Assembly: GCF_000150275.1 (NCBI RefSeq)
Contig: NW_002060946.1
Span: forward strand, 5,680,597 to 5,744,596
Length of the DNA: 64,000 nucleotides
Reading direction: 5' to 3'
Source of the DNA: Trichoplax adhaerens
Taxonomy: Eukaryota; Animalia; Placozoa
Of the stretch, positions 39,097 to 54,460 are shown piece by piece. Positions within the stretch are counted from its first letter, which is position 1. Each line of letters starts with the position of its first letter. Both the position numbers and the translations under genes were made by a program. Below the pieces are notes generated by a model. It was given only the letters and a program-made list of their open reading frames with translations, searched no databases and was not told where the DNA came from.

Positions 39097-40788
39097 GTTG
39101 ATTGATGATAACTATGGATAATAATGACCTAAAGGAACGATTAAATGTGACTAAGTCCTCGCTGATAATGGGAAAAATTCTAAACTTAACAGTATGGTTT
39201 TGAAGTTATTTTATGACGATTGAATAATGGCAACAATTCCAATCTTGGTCATAGAGAAAGGTATTAATGTTACACTCTTGTCTGCTAACTAGTTTAATGA
39301 AGATGGCTTCCGCTGAATCTTGTTTTACCTCTCAACTTAATTCATACACTGTATAATAGACAAGATAGCATTTGATTTTAAAAACTATCTCTTCTGTAAC
39401 GTTAAGATGTTTCCGAAAATTCTATTTAGCTTCTAGTTTCAACCGATTGAATAATATCAAAATCGATTACACCTTTCTTCACGGAATGAATCTTGACAAT
39501 TTTCTTGACTTACTCAGTTATTTAATTTTGTCTTTAAATAAATTTAGTCTAGAAAGGGAAGAATACGGAAAGTACGATGAAGTAATTATTCCTTCTTTGA
39601 GTCTTTTTATACATATGGGAAGCAAGGATCTAACTTGAATCAGTTCTAGGCCAAGCACTTGACTTTGACAACTGATAGCTATAGCAAGCTTGATAAAAAT
39701 GGCTGGAAGATTTTCGAGCAGTGACGTAGATTCTGTCTTGATCAAGAACGATTATATTCGGTATTAGTTGTTGATATTTTACAGTCTTCTATTCTACGTC
39801 TTGAAGTTATCGCTCTTGTAAAAGGATCAATGGAATTGATCGACCTTTTATTTATTCCTTTGGAGTTGTAATTAATATGAGCAAATGGTGTATTTTCCTT
39901 TTCTCAAGTCGACGAACGTCCAATGCAATCAAAATTGAAATGATTTCGTGCAGTGGATAATGGAAGTTGGTAAAGTGCCACGTTAACCTAATTTAGTAAC
40001 TATATTTGTTCAATTGTGCTATTTTAACAGGTCTAGCAAATGGTAATACTATCTATTAAATAAGCACATTATCGTAAACCGTCAGCAAAGCGACGGGAGT
40101 TTGCACTAGTGGATATTAAATTAAATAAAAAGCTGATTGGAAGGAAATGTTCAATTAACCCCACAGAGACCAAGGTCGTAAATCTTCGACTAGAAAAGAA
40201 TTCAAAACTGACAGCTTGTTATGCCTGTTTGACTTTTACGTTAGTAAAGTCCTCCCAAAACTTCCAATAAATATTGCCTACAAGAGAATAACTAATTATT
40301 TCTAAAGCAAGGGATAATTTATATCCAAGAATAGAATGTACTCTTGGTTTGATGTACACTGTCAACTGTTTTTTGTCTTTAAATTATATATAAATAACAA
40401 TTAAGGCTTAGATCATGAATAAATTAGATGATAAATGGTAAGCTAATATTTTCTTCTTGGAATAAAATATAGCTTAATGGTATCTCTGTTTTCTTCCTTG
40501 CCTAATATAGTAATTACTTTTCTGAAAAGGGGAAGTCAAACTTGATTAAACTGGGTGTTTTATTTCTTTTTTTCACAGCGATAATGGGATCGATTTTATT
40601 TCTTTACTCTTTTTTTACGAAGACGAGATAATTGACCTTGCTTACAACAGCTATTTTGTTCGATACTATTCCAATAGGAAGTTGATTGTGGTAGAGGAAA
40701 TGAAACGATAATACCTGCCGTTAAAGATGATCAAATCATGGTTATTACTCAGCTTAAGCTCATATCCAAGTAAAGAAACCTTAAAACT

Positions 40789-40900
40789 TTAACCAATTTT
40801 TCTAAAACAAATGCGTTTAATTTACAAATAAGTATTATTTGATTCAAATTTTAACCAATTTTTCTAAAAGTAATGCTTAATCCACAAATTAATATTATTT
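40789..40900. repeat. Degenerate two-copy tandem duplication (~62 bp)
   Basis: TTAACCAATTTTTCTAAAA...AATGC...ACAAAT...TATTATTT occurs twice. Confidence 0.8.
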
Positions 40901-43900
40901 AAGCGCTATTTCGTAAGGAGAAGAGAATGCGAATGCAAGTTGCTCAAATCGATGCGTGCCTATGTTACAAATCATTCAATGACATCTAACCATATCTTTC
41001 TTACAGCAATTTTTTTAACTGATTTGCCCAATAATCATTCAATAGAATTATAACTTAAAAGACAAAGCTAGCCTACATACTATCGAATTAGACTAACTTG
41101 CCTAACTTTACAGTTTTTCGTAATGGAATTGTAGCGTTTATCGATAACTTTAACTGAACAGAAACTAGTATCACTGAAAAAGTAAAATTACGAGTTTTTA
41201 TGCACGTGCTTTGTCGATCGTTGAATCAATTTGTCAATTCTTTACTTCGTGTATTGCAATTCAGCTTTATCATTTAACATCATTTGCAGTTAGCAATTTA
41301 TCCCTATGCTAAGTCCATTTTTTCTGTACAATATAAGATGAAAATAAAATAACAAATACGTAAAAATGATGAACTACAAGGTATAGACGTACATTGAAAT
41401 GGATTTATTCATGAGTCGAAATAGTAAATATCAAAAAATGATCTATCTAAGCAAACCTGGTATAGATGATGTATGATTAGACTTGTATCATGAGAAGATT
41501 GTAATTAATCTTGGAAGGAGTGGAGTATAAGAAAGGAATAGTTCGAATATCAAAACGATGTCTGGGATAATGGTAGAAATAGACGATTGATTGTATTTAT
41601 GTATAGAATTAGATGATAATTTCAATACATTAATATTTGAGTAAAGGAAGAAGTCATGATGTTTGTTTATAAATAGTATCATCAATCAGTTTATTAGTTA
41701 TGATCTCCAAGAAAAACTACATAATCCTTTCTATCGATGAATGATTTGATCCTTTAATACTTTAAACTCAAAAGGTAGCATTTGCATGACTAAGAGCGAG
41801 GAAGTTGCAAAGCACTTGACAACGGTGACCCCCTACAGGTACTTGCTTTAAAATGATGACAAAAAGTAGGATTTATGATTGTAGACATAGAAAATAAAGT
41901 AATTGACAAATTCCAATAGAATTATACAATACACAACTTGATATTAACCAATAGATACTACTAACTAAAATAGATAGGGTGTTGTCAAGTTAAAATGTAA
42001 CAACATTATACTATAATCATATTATGCAACTACAATAATATTAATAAATATCCAATGCAGCAATATCATTTTATTTGTTCTACAATAAAAATTTTAATAT
42101 CTATTACATTAAAACGTTGGATGATGATTATTGTCTTCCTAGGATGGATGCTTTTTGTTATTTTGTTATGTTTTATTCCAACTCGTTCCTATACCTACAA
42201 TATCCACCCATCATCAATCATTTATCATCCTCAAATAAATAAGTTATCCTGCTTATAGCGTATTCTTTAATTTCCACCTCAATAACAACAAAATTATTGA
42301 AAAGAAAGCCTCTAACTATTATTCAAACAGCCAATATTATGTCTATTTTATGCCATGGAATAAAATGTTTACTTGAAATTTTCCTTATTATATAATTTAT
42401 AAGGAGATTAAGTAAGCAACAAATACAAAAAATAATTCTTCCACATGTCAAATGTCTATGTGCTATAACATGAAAGCTTCAGCTGTGGATTTTATTTTTC
42501 ATCAAGTGTTATTGCATAAATACTATTGATAACGAGCTAACCATAATTACTTAAAAAATAAACGACTTTTGTCCACATAATTTTTTTAAAGTCTAAACAT
42601 GCATTGAACGTACCCAGTTATAATTAGCAGGTGATCATCACTATCATCATCTTACTGATCTAGTAAGATGTGAATACTTCTATAAATCTAACTTAATAAT
42701 AAGTAAAAGAATGATTATACATGATTAGCCTATAAAATAAATTTATCTCTTCGAAAAAATCTCCATCTCAATAACAACCAGGCAAAGATATTATAATGAT
42801 CAACAACGATAATGTAGTCACAAGTAAAATTACTGAGTGGCGAACAAAATAACACTATTATGCTGCCTTGAAATTAAATTTTAGCATGTGTCAGAAATAC
42901 CAGTGATGCCTATAGAGGTGTTATTAATACGATAAAAAGAAAAGCCATTCGAGAATATGACATTTATTGGTTAATGCTTATAGTACTTACGTGAAACCTT
43001 ACTGCATATTGACTAGTTGAATCTGCAATATTATCACTTTTGTTTATTAAATAGGACAGAGGTTAGCTTAAGAGAAATTAAAAAGATAAAACTATTTTGA
43101 AACTCTGCTACTTATTGTTAAAATTAGAGTATTTAATATGATGCTTTAACGTATATTGCTAAATTAGATTTGTAGTATTAGCTGCAGCTTATCAATTAGG
43201 GTAAAAGTTAGCTTGAAAAGAATGAAATAAAATAGTTGGATATATTGGCGCCTATTTGTTTAGCTTTAAAGTATTTTATGTAAAATTTTACTGCACATTA
43301 TATCGGTTTGTGAGGTACGTCTTTTGTATTTTAAAGACTTCGACTATTTAACTATACAGCGTAATTCTATCGTAAGTTGGTAAGTAAGATTTATAATCAT
43401 ATCGATACAGTTTTGTGTAGTTCAGTAAAATGACGTGGAATTAATGCTGACAATATTTTATACTAGTACGAATCATGATACTGTGATATCAGCAAAAAAT
43501 AAATACATTGTCACGGAAATTTAAATATATTATCTGTCCAATTTTAAACGGTTTAATTGAATCTATCGATAGGATAGTAAGCTGAATTTATAATCATATC
43601 GGAGAAATGTTGCTTTCTAGAATAATAGTCAGCTTGAGAATAGAGATGTAGTCCTAAAATGGCTTAGCGAGTTAGCAAATAGATGCTATTATCATGTGTA
43701 CGAGCAAGTATAACTCTATACTGCGATAAAATAAATTTTAATTGTAACATTACTATTTCTTTTATAGAAATCGACGAATTCACAATAATATTATCATCTA
43801 CCAGAGAATGATAGTTATAATTTTTACATATATAAATTTAACCAGAGTGAACACAATTTAGATGCCAGTAATTTTTCTATAATTAAAGGTAGTTATATGG

Positions 43901-46900
43901 ACATTGATGTTCGTTATATAATATTAAAAATCAGTAATTATGGCTACATTCGCGAATTGATAAGATAAATAAATATTTAAAAAAACTAGTTTCAACTTTA
44001 ATAGAAACATAGCGCTACGATTATTTTGTTATTGGTGGCTCTAGTAGCCATATCAAGAATATTTACTTTTTAACGCAGAAAAAACTGATAAAACCTCGCT
44101 AGCAATATCGCTTTAATCAGAAAATAAGGGGATGCCAGCATCACTCTTCGAGACAAGCAAACTTAAAATATTATTCAATCTATCTTGTATTGGAATCTTA
44201 CATCCCAAACTAATCATTAATACATTATGATTCAAGGGAGAGTAAAATCGAGAATATCAAGATATTGTCTACAGAATGTCCAATCAAGAAATTAACGATA
44301 AAGTTAATGATATGCAAGGGTTTAAAATTTCAATTACGCCTTAAAAAATAAAGCAGTTGGAGTTTGAGAATATTCAATCGTAGCTATGGCACTATTGCTT
44401 TTATTGTTAGCCTCAATTAAATTAAGTCCATTTGAAATGGTCTCCACCCAATTGACCTCAGCTGATCTTTGTCATTGCTCATCTACTGCATGAAATCCGT
44501 AACTGGTACCAAACCTCACTGATGTAATTACTATTTTTAATCAGAAGGAAAAATTGTCTCTCAATTACTTGTTAATGAATTTGATGTAGTTGGTAAAGGT
44601 ATTACAGTATAATTAGGCACTTATATGCTAGAAGGAAATCTTCTATTGTATCGCACAGAAATTCGGCCTATTACTTGCATTTCCATGTCTATAATATAGA
44701 CTCCATAAAGGATGATTTTCGTCGATCATATTACAAATGACATAGCTATATTGATTTATATATTACTTTACGCGAATTATTGTATTTTATACATAGTTTT
44801 AGATGATTTTCATCAAGCCATATTTAAAAACGATCATCTATTTTGCTAGGCATTGATTAATGAAATCATGCAAAATGGATCACCCTAAAATTTGTCTTTA
44901 TATCACTAGTTTTCAAATGGAATTGATACTGATCTTATCTTAATAGAATTGTCTATTTAGGTTAAATTAATCCTTTTCTACTTGATAAATAAATATCTTA
45001 TCGAATGATGTGGATAGAAACAATAGATTAAGCCAGTTTTGGGCTAAATATGGTATCCTGTAACATATAGCTTTTGTTTCAAATAATATTATTAGGCTAG
45101 ATAAGATCCAATTTATGGGTTGTCACTCTTACTAAATTATATTAATTGTATAAAAGTGATGACTTGAATGGCAGAGAATTATCAAAAATAAGATACTAAT
45201 ACTACCATTAAAAATGATATGGAGTAAGTTGTACGCATAAGTAAATAAATTATTTTATATCGTGCAATGAACCATGTAATAATTATAAGACTCCAAACCT
45301 ATTTCAAGAATAACTTGTCAGTTGTAAGGTTATAAATTGGCGCCATTTATCCATTTTTGATAAATAGCAGGCGATTTTAATAAGTCGTAAAACACGTCAA
45401 TAATCAAGCTTGAAGGGCAAAAAAGGCAAGACTTTGGAATAGCGTTAGCTTTTAATATCGATTGTATGCAAACATACCTGACGAATGGATATTACTTTAA
45501 AGTATCCTTAGTCTACTATAAATTGAATTTGCTAAGCATTAAGCAATTGCACACCTTAAACATATCAGTTATCATCAAGGATTTTATCTTTCAATAAGGA
45601 TAACTTATTGTGCTCGATATAAAATTACTAGTTACATCCGTGTAGGATAAGGTTAGGGAATGTTGCTATTTCTCAATTGCCTTTAAATTTCCGGCCTTGT
45701 TTATATGGTTCTGCTAAATATTACTGAGATTGTAAAATATCAATTAGTTTATGTGATACCTAGGTTGAAACTATAGGTTGGAAAGTTTCCGCTTCCACTT
45801 TGATAGTAAGAGCCGAAAGATGTTAAAAAATGATAAACCCTTGCTGCAATAGAACTCAATCATTTTCTTGAAGAAGCTGCTGGAGTCTAGTCTAAGATAG
45901 TAAGGTTTACAAAATGTACTCCGGCAAGAATAAAGTTAACATAGGAAATAATGTAAGAGGGAATGATTTGTCCGCGTAACATTTGTATTGGTGATATACG
46001 ACTGTTTAGTACCACCAAAACATGTTATGGTTATTTAAAAGTTGGTATAGGACGTCATTTGAACCTTTTGATTAAAGTTTTACTAACATGGGCACAAAGA
46101 TTGTATGAATTACTCTATTTCAGCCAGTAACGTTGAATAAGAGGAGATTACTGTTAGTAGCTAACTAGTTACAATAATTAGTTTAACGATTATTACACAA
46201 TATTATTAACTTGAAGTTTACCAAAGTGTTACCAAATTTTAGAAACCGATAGCACATTTCAGGGCTAATTAGCAGTGGTCAATCGATGTATCAGGTTAAA
46301 AGTCTTCATTTATAAATACTGTGTAAATTCAGTAGGATAACGTCGGGATTATCCTTTGGTATCTGATCTACTTTAATCATGAGGATCTAATTATGATTTC
46401 TAACCTTCCTTATATATTGAGACTTTTGAGTTTATCCTAATTGTACATTAAATTTAAACATGACAAGTATGGGTAATTATTTTATTGCTCTAGTGTTTCT
46501 GGCTGATTGAAATAAATGCAGCAATCATAGTCGATGTTACAACCCCATAAAATATCTAATTTCTAAACCTTAATTTGATGATGTTCGTTGTCACAATTAA
46601 TAGCTTACCTGTCACTTAAGAATACTTATACGGTATCAGGTACGATTGAAATTGTATGTTTTGATTCCTATCTTCAAAAATTACATCTCTACCTACAGAT
46701 TATAGTGACTGATACGAAGGCAAATTATCACTATTGAAGAAAGGATTTTATTTAATTACAACTTTTATTACCATCACGTAATGGATGGTCACATCATGGC
46801 TGTAATTTAGTGTAAACTAGATGCGGGTAAAGGATGAGTGATATTTATTTATGGTCCATAAATTTAGTCATCGTCAGAATGGATTGAAAAAAATTGGCAA

Positions 46901-48737
46901 CTTTTCCACCGTCCTAAATCGTGTATGTCTATCCGGTTAGTACTGTTGATAACTTACCTAGTTTAATGTCGCAGCTTTGTATGTAGTAGGACAAATAATT
47001 TAATAGAATTTAAATATTACCAAAATAGAGATCAAGTAGGGAGGCAAATTTCCAAGAATCAAAGTATAAATATTGGACATAAGGCAAATCCAGATAACTA
47101 GATTTCAGGCTTGATTATAATTCCTTGATGCTACAATATCCAAGAATAATGACAAGAAAGGAAGGGGAATGATGAATAAAAGATAACTAATGACTTATAA
47201 CTATGCGCAATGACATAATATTAAAGACAAGTCTTCAGTGCTACCAAAAGTTTTCCACAATACTAATTTTTTACTTACATGAAGAGCAATGTCAGTTGAC
47301 TTTCATCAATTTTTAAATAATTATTCTATTTATTGTTGATAGTATCTTACATATGTTCATGTACTGATTGATTATTTGATATTCCATTATTAAGACAATA
47401 TCCTAATATCATTTGAACATACTACTATTACACTCTGAAATGCAACTAAAACAAATAACGTTACCACGAGATGATCAAACGCAAGCCTCAATATGTGATA
47501 ATTGTTATTATTGAATTTTTTTATTTGATTGTCCGATGGTTCTATACATTAATAGTTAATAAAAAAATCAAACTTATTAAGCATCCATCATTGGATAACT
47601 TTGTTAAAAGATAATAATAGAACTATTCAGTGTTGGATTATTATTATATTCCAGCCAACAATTAATTTCCCTCATTACCCAAAATGCAGAATAGTAAACA
47701 AATGAGGACATATTGATGGGTATTCTCTAGAATGAATATAGCTACAATATTCAACGGAAAGTCCTTATAGAAAATTAAATAAAAAAATGGCATGTTGCTA
47801 ACTATTTCTTTTCATAATTTCAATACGAATAATTTTTCTCTATCTTCTTGATTTGTAATCTGGTATCTGCAAACTTTAACTATGCTACTAATAAAATTCA
47901 TAATATAATTTTTTCTCACAATTTAAATTGTAATTACTATCTATGTCTTATATTGTTGATTTTTTATTTTGTTTTTCTATTATAATGGCTAAGAGAAGTA
48001 TAATTTTTATCTGATGATCTTTAAATAGCTATTCTAACTAAAATTTTATATTGATGGGAGGAGCTTAGATCAATTCGATTAGAAGTTCAGTCTAGCATAG
48101 CTTAACGGTAGTAGAAATGATTAAAGATAACTTAATGTACATGAGCCAAGCTTGTCTATCCTTAGGTCTAATTTTGGTTCTGGTAATAACTTTAAAATAC
48201 CAAGCTTTGCAATTATTTCCGTTAGCATCTTTTCTCGATTGGTTAAAATTCATCGATTTAATGAATATTAAAGAAGGCATAGCTAGAATTAAAGTTTACT
48301 GTTTTCTAGTGACCATACCATGCTACTAACTAGTTTGTAAATTTACCTTTGAAAACTTCGCTTACTACGTAGAAAAATTGGAAAAAATGTTCTATTTAGA
48401 TTTAAAATTAATTGAAGTATGTTCTTTATATAAATCTAATAGCAATTTTTAATCATTCAATTTGCTATTTCCTATTATGTTCAAATAACTTGATGTTAAA
48501 GTGATCTCATTATAAGATTAAAACAACTATGTTCATGGTGCACTAAGAGTCAGGTAATGCAGAGACCTTTAGTGATATTTCCTCTATTTCATGTTCAACA
48601 TATTTCCAACATTTTTAGCTAGTAATTTGTTGAAAAGGTGTTAATATTCTCTACATTTTGATTTTTTACCGTCTTCGATTCCAAGGCATCTATATTTTAA
48701 GTAAACTGAAGTAATGCTAGTAATACTAAAATATTCA

Positions 48738-49120
48738 ATACTATAAGCATTAATGGAGGAGAAAGGAATAAATTATAGGGCAGGATTATGACTCCGGTTT
48801 AATTGTTATCTAATCATACCTCTGCCATGTACTCTAATTATAATACGTAAAATTTTCTACAATAGTCTTACAGAAGTTGCTTTTAAATTATTTTTTACTC
48901 TCTTTTTCTTCTATTTAAAATTCTCTATCTATCATACTATTAGCATTAAAATTTCGATACTATAGCCGTCAATGAAGGAGAAGGAATAAATTATAAGGCA
49001 AGATTATAACTCAGGTTCAATTATTGTCTCATCGCATTTCTGCCATATAATCTAATTATAATACTTAACTTTCTCTACATTGGTCTTATAGAAGTTGTTT
49101 TTAAATTAGATTTTGCTCTC
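48738..49120. repeat. Degenerate two-copy duplication (period about 219 bp)
   Basis: AATG.AGGAGAA(A)GGAATAAATTATA.GGCA.GATTAT...TCTGCCAT...TCTAATTATAATAC...GTCTTA.AGAAGTTG at about 48738 and 48957. Confidence 0.88.
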
Positions 49121-52100
49121 TTACTAGGTAAAATTGTCTTTCTATCGTTAGGTTGTCTACCGAAGACTATGGATACGATAAATGATATCAATACATTTGC
49201 TACATATTCATTAAATCTCTATTTAGTATAGAAGTTGTGTGATCAATATTTAAAATTCCAATATAAAAAACATGCTTACTCATTGTCTTTTTATCAATAG
49301 CCCACAATATAGAGAATCGTGGGACCAAACTAAAGTAGTGATCAATAGAAATAACTTTACGCTAGTCCATAACTTCCGCTATGTTAAAAGACCTTTAATT
49401 TTAAGTTTATACCGGTGTTAATAAAATAGATCATAAACGAATACTTGCCTATTTCACAAGTCAAGGCGACTCTACTTCTAATAGAATTCAATAAATCTCA
49501 TTAGTGATATTGGAATAATTTCCTAACTGAGATCTCTGACGTATAAACCGTAAAAAAATGGAATATTTTTTTGGTTCCAGTGAATACTTAATAATGAATT
49601 ATTTTCGAATTATTTAAGATTGAACAGTTCTATCAACTTAATTAATTAAATGTAAAAATAAAAGTGTGAGTGCAGAAACAAATACTTAATCTCTATCATC
49701 CGGCTTCACAAACATCTATATTTTATAAAATAGAATATGGGAAGGTTAAGATGGATATCCAATTTTACAAAGTATGCTTTTTGCTTGCTATCAAATTGTA
49801 CTCGTAGTTTTGCTGTTTATACTTGTAGATGAATATTGATGGATTTAAAATTGTCCACTCACATGTACTGTAAATAATAATATTGCTGTGGCATGTACTT
49901 CTATTTACCATTTATGCTTTTACAACTAAGGGTTGATTAATCATTCAATTGATCACTTAAATCGTCTCTCTCTTCATTTTTACTAGTACTATAGGTCAAA
50001 TTATTAGTTCATCAATAGGCAGGATATTTGATGATTCTACAATATCGAGTAAAATTGCAAAAGAAGAAATCAATTTTTAATAGCATCGAAAACAATTCCA
50101 CCTGATAATAAATCGCTCAGTTTGAATTAAATATGATAATATAATTAAAAGAGTAAAATAACGCTTAGTAGGGCGAAAGCCAACAGGAGTCCTTTGTTAA
50201 ATATTATCATCGTAGATTAATTAATATGTGAGGGCCTAATGGTAAAATGATCAATTTCGTAACTGATTACAGTAAAATTCATTTACTCTTTATTAACTTA
50301 ACTTCGATGAATGAATGACTCAAGTTAAAAAAACAATATGATAGAATTTATTCTATTACGATTGAATCATTTTGACAAGCATCATAACGTTCGCATTTCT
50401 CAGATCAAAAGTAATTATTATCAAACTATATATTTACGAATGTCAGATATATTTACTAAATAGTTCGAATATATAGGTTAACAATACAAGTACTATGAAT
50501 AAAAATTACTACTCTTTCGGTTAAAGTATAGACTAAAAGCTTAATATATTTCAAATCGTAGAATAATAACTATCATGATTCCTAATAGCGAGCACATGCT
50601 GTATAGAAAGAGAAATATTACTCGAATCCAAACTGTTATGCTATAATAAGTACAATTTATCTCCTTGGATAAAGAAAATTTATCTTAGATGATTGTAACT
50701 GATGTTCTTGCCGTATTCTTGAACTATAAAGTTGCTTTAATTACTAATTGCTAGACAAATCTGGAAAATAATCATTACTATAAATATACTCAAGTTGAAA
50801 TTTAAGTTAAATAGTTAAAAATGGCGCCTTAGCAACAATCATTGTAATCCACATGCCTCCATAGTCAAATGAGCGGTATTATTTTTTGCACTATATCAAT
50901 TTCGACACGGCTAAAGAATAATTTAATTTTTGATTAATTGATTACGGTAGGATGTTGATATAACTACAGCTGCTTTACCTTTCATTCAACAATAATTTAT
51001 TACTATGAATTTCGGTAAGTGCAATAGCCATATTATCTGAGATAGACAGCAGTATCACTTTAATGAATGAATTTGAATGGTTACAGTTCCGAATTTAAAT
51101 TTTGTATTATTCAGCAATTGATCGAATGGTAGGTCAGATTAAAAATTAAAAGTCATTTCCGGCAACTTATAGACAGAGGCATTGTGTGCATTTATAATTT
51201 TTTGGTTAATTGATCGCAATAGAACTTTGACCTAGAAGGTCTATAGCTATCTCTCGAGATATATTTCCGGAAAAATTTAGACAGAAGTAGTACATGAGCT
51301 ACTTTTGAAGTTAATTATATTGAAATAACATCAGATACCTGCTATATGTTAGGCCTATATCTGTCAAGATGATTGCATAACCTAATAAAAACTTGTCGTT
51401 AGCCAGAAATGAATAGTAGCTCGTATAAGATACTCATACGACAACTTGCATCTATTATTTCAGCAAAAAATCTAGCTTTACTTCATTGTACTCTTCAAGT
51501 GTCTTCCATCAATTTGTTTAGTCTTTCATTATATCATCTGAAATAATGACATCTAGTACTAATTAATAATTTTAGCTGTTACTTATTCTTAGATTTAGCT
51601 ATTTATAACTCTATGCTATACTTTAAAATACGTTTGTGTGCGCATTTATCACGAGATCAATAATGATCAGAACACAATCTGACCTTTGAGCTGTCTTATA
51701 AAATCATAAATTAGGGTATGATTAATTCGCTTGCGTTTATCCGGAAATAAATTAGTTTTAAAATTCTAAATTTCCTAATAATCTAACATATATTGCATTA
51801 TTACCCGTCGCATTACAAGTACTATGATATCTTTTAATTGAAAAATTATTGTCTATTAAAGACTTTGCAATAAATCGATCATCCTCAATTTACCTCTTTG
51901 CTGCAATCCTTGCAAGATAAAAAATGTCGGCCGTGAATCATATATTAATCTTGATAAGGCAGCTCCTATAGATAATTTTCTAATGAAGTCTTTTAAATTT
52001 GAAGCCTTCTATATTTATTGATGGGATTCCTGGGTCGACTAAGTTTTGGATTTGAACTCACTTCTTTCCATAACAGGACTTTTAATCGAATATATGATCC

Positions 52101-53599
52101 ACCTCTGTATTTAAATACTTATATTAGGTTCGATAGATGATCACGTATGTTGAAATTTCAAGCATCTTTGCTTCTCTAACTTATGATCGTATTACCTAGA
52201 TAGAGTTCAATTTTTGTATTATATCGAAATTGGACTAAAATAGATTAGAATTAATCAAAGACAGAAACGAGAGGCTAATATTTTTTGATAAGCAATTTAA
52301 TCTTGCATGTAATATTAAAATTACCATATAAATGTGCAAGCAATGTCGTAGTGATAGTCTCGATTTCATAGATCGTAGATGATTTATAAAACTATCATTT
52401 GATGATATAATTTGCCAATGAATAGACGTTAGATTAATTTTTTTAATTTAGCTAAATCATTGAGATCGATTAAATATGTTTAGAAGATCTGCATTTTCCA
52501 TACTTTTGTTTCCATTTTTTTCACAAATGTCAATGCATTTAATTATATCACAATTAAATGGTGCAAAGAACTTAAAGTCTTTAAGATTATAAAAATAGCA
52601 AAGAGGAACCAAATTTTGAATTGTACTGTAGAGCGAAAAGAAATGCTTGATTCTGGTATACTGTAGTACTGTATATACATCAGAGGTAAACCAGCACCAC
52701 TGTGCAATATATGTTAGTCATCAAATCACAACTTGATAAATCTCTGTCACAAAACAGCTTTGCAACAAGATAACGTTATGTACGATCAATAAGTCAATTC
52801 CTTGAACCACGTATCAAGGAACGATTTCTGCACTATCAGAAACACTTTTGCTCTACTAGCAGACTACACAAAGACTTAAACGCCTCGTATTTTACGCTAA
52901 ACACTAAGTTGGAGAATTCTCTTTATTGCACGATATACTGCATTTATATACTATTCCTCAATAGTTCATGAGTCATAGTTTATACAATTAACCTCGGAAT
53001 CATTTACTGAATTAGATATTAAGTTTAGCTACTGCTCCCTTAATGCAGACAACAGTAATTACGAATATAGACATGTAATGACTAATACAGAATAGTCAGA
53101 TTACGATATGTCCTATCACGGAACATTTCCATGATAACTTACAATCTAGTACCATAAGTAAATTACAATCATAATGATTCGAACTGTAAGTAGATGATTT
53201 GCATTCCCTATTATAACTATTAATTTCAGTATGTATATAAGTGTCACTGTCATAAAAAGTCAGTGCTATATTAAAACACAGTATATCCAAATTAGAAGTT
53301 AACTAAATAAGGATAGTCTAACAGAATTATCCTAACATAGATATTTCTACTGTAATACAGTATTTAACACTGTAACATTCTCTTGTTTCTTTTTTGACTG
53401 GTTCTTGATCAAGATCAGGTCTTGAATATCCGGTTGCAATGACCGAGTAATAGTCTCCCGCTATTATTGTATAGTTGGCTATTAGATACGGCCTCAACTG
53501 GAGAATCTCAGTCTTATACTACAAACAGTACAAGTGTGCCGTCTCATCCTATTAGTCACCTACAATAGTACTACAACTAACTGAATTCATTACAGCGGT

Positions 53600-54460
53600 T
53601 TAGCCTGAAAAGCTCAGGTAAAATTTTAAGCGAACTTTTTATTACATGAGACAGATATCTTGGTGTCCAGATCGCCAAATCGCTTTTTTCTGTCTTTGTA
53701 GATGTTAAATAATTTCAATAACCTTTACACAACTTTTCATTTTTCGAATATCTCTTGCCTTTTTAGCTGAGCAGACTTGTATCATTTTTTCGAATAATAC
53801 TCCTTTCTATTTACGGAATCATTTTCTCAGCATTTTTGCAGCCTTACAAAATAAAATTTCTTATTGTTGATCTTTTAGTCTGTCATAATTACAGATACGC
53901 ATGTTTGCATAAACACTAATCGCCGTCAAATACCTTTGAAATTGTTATGCGGGTCTTTGATATTTAAATTAAAATTTTGGCTTTCCATTACGATATTTAC
54001 CGAAGCATCGAAAGTTTTTTCTGATTGTTTTAATTTCGATATTACTGGAGCTTTCATCTGCTTTTCTTGCTGCCAATACAAAACGATCAGAAGCTGTTAA
54101 CTGCTTCGCTTTCCTGCAAATATAATAGCGCACCCAACTTCTTTACCATGTGGTGTTTTAATAGAAATAACTTCATTTTCGCAGTTGGCTAATTATTGGT
54201 AGTATCATCCTCAGGAAGATTAATCAGTGTATGTAAAACTCCCATAAGCGAACTAGAATGAGAAAATATTTGAATAACATTCCCAGTTTTGATACATACG
54301 CATTTAATAGCGTCTTAAAGTTGAACCAGTGAGCGTAGGATTGCCTACATTAGCAGTGATAGATAATTTTGCTGCAAAGTAACTTTTACGATGTTATTAC
54401 TCCCTCCAAGAAGGCTATTAAAAAGTGGGGATAATGCCAACATCAAAAAGCTCGCTTAAT
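53600..54460 (-). pseudogene. Possible decayed intronless ORF of unknown identity
   Basis: Successive coding-like fragments in shifting frames: DAIKCVCIKTGNVIQIFSHSSSLMGVLHTLINLPEDD; CENEVISIKTPHGKEVGCAIIFAG; LTASDRFVLAARKADESSSNIEIKTIRKNFRCFGKYRNGKPKF. Confidence 0.25.
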
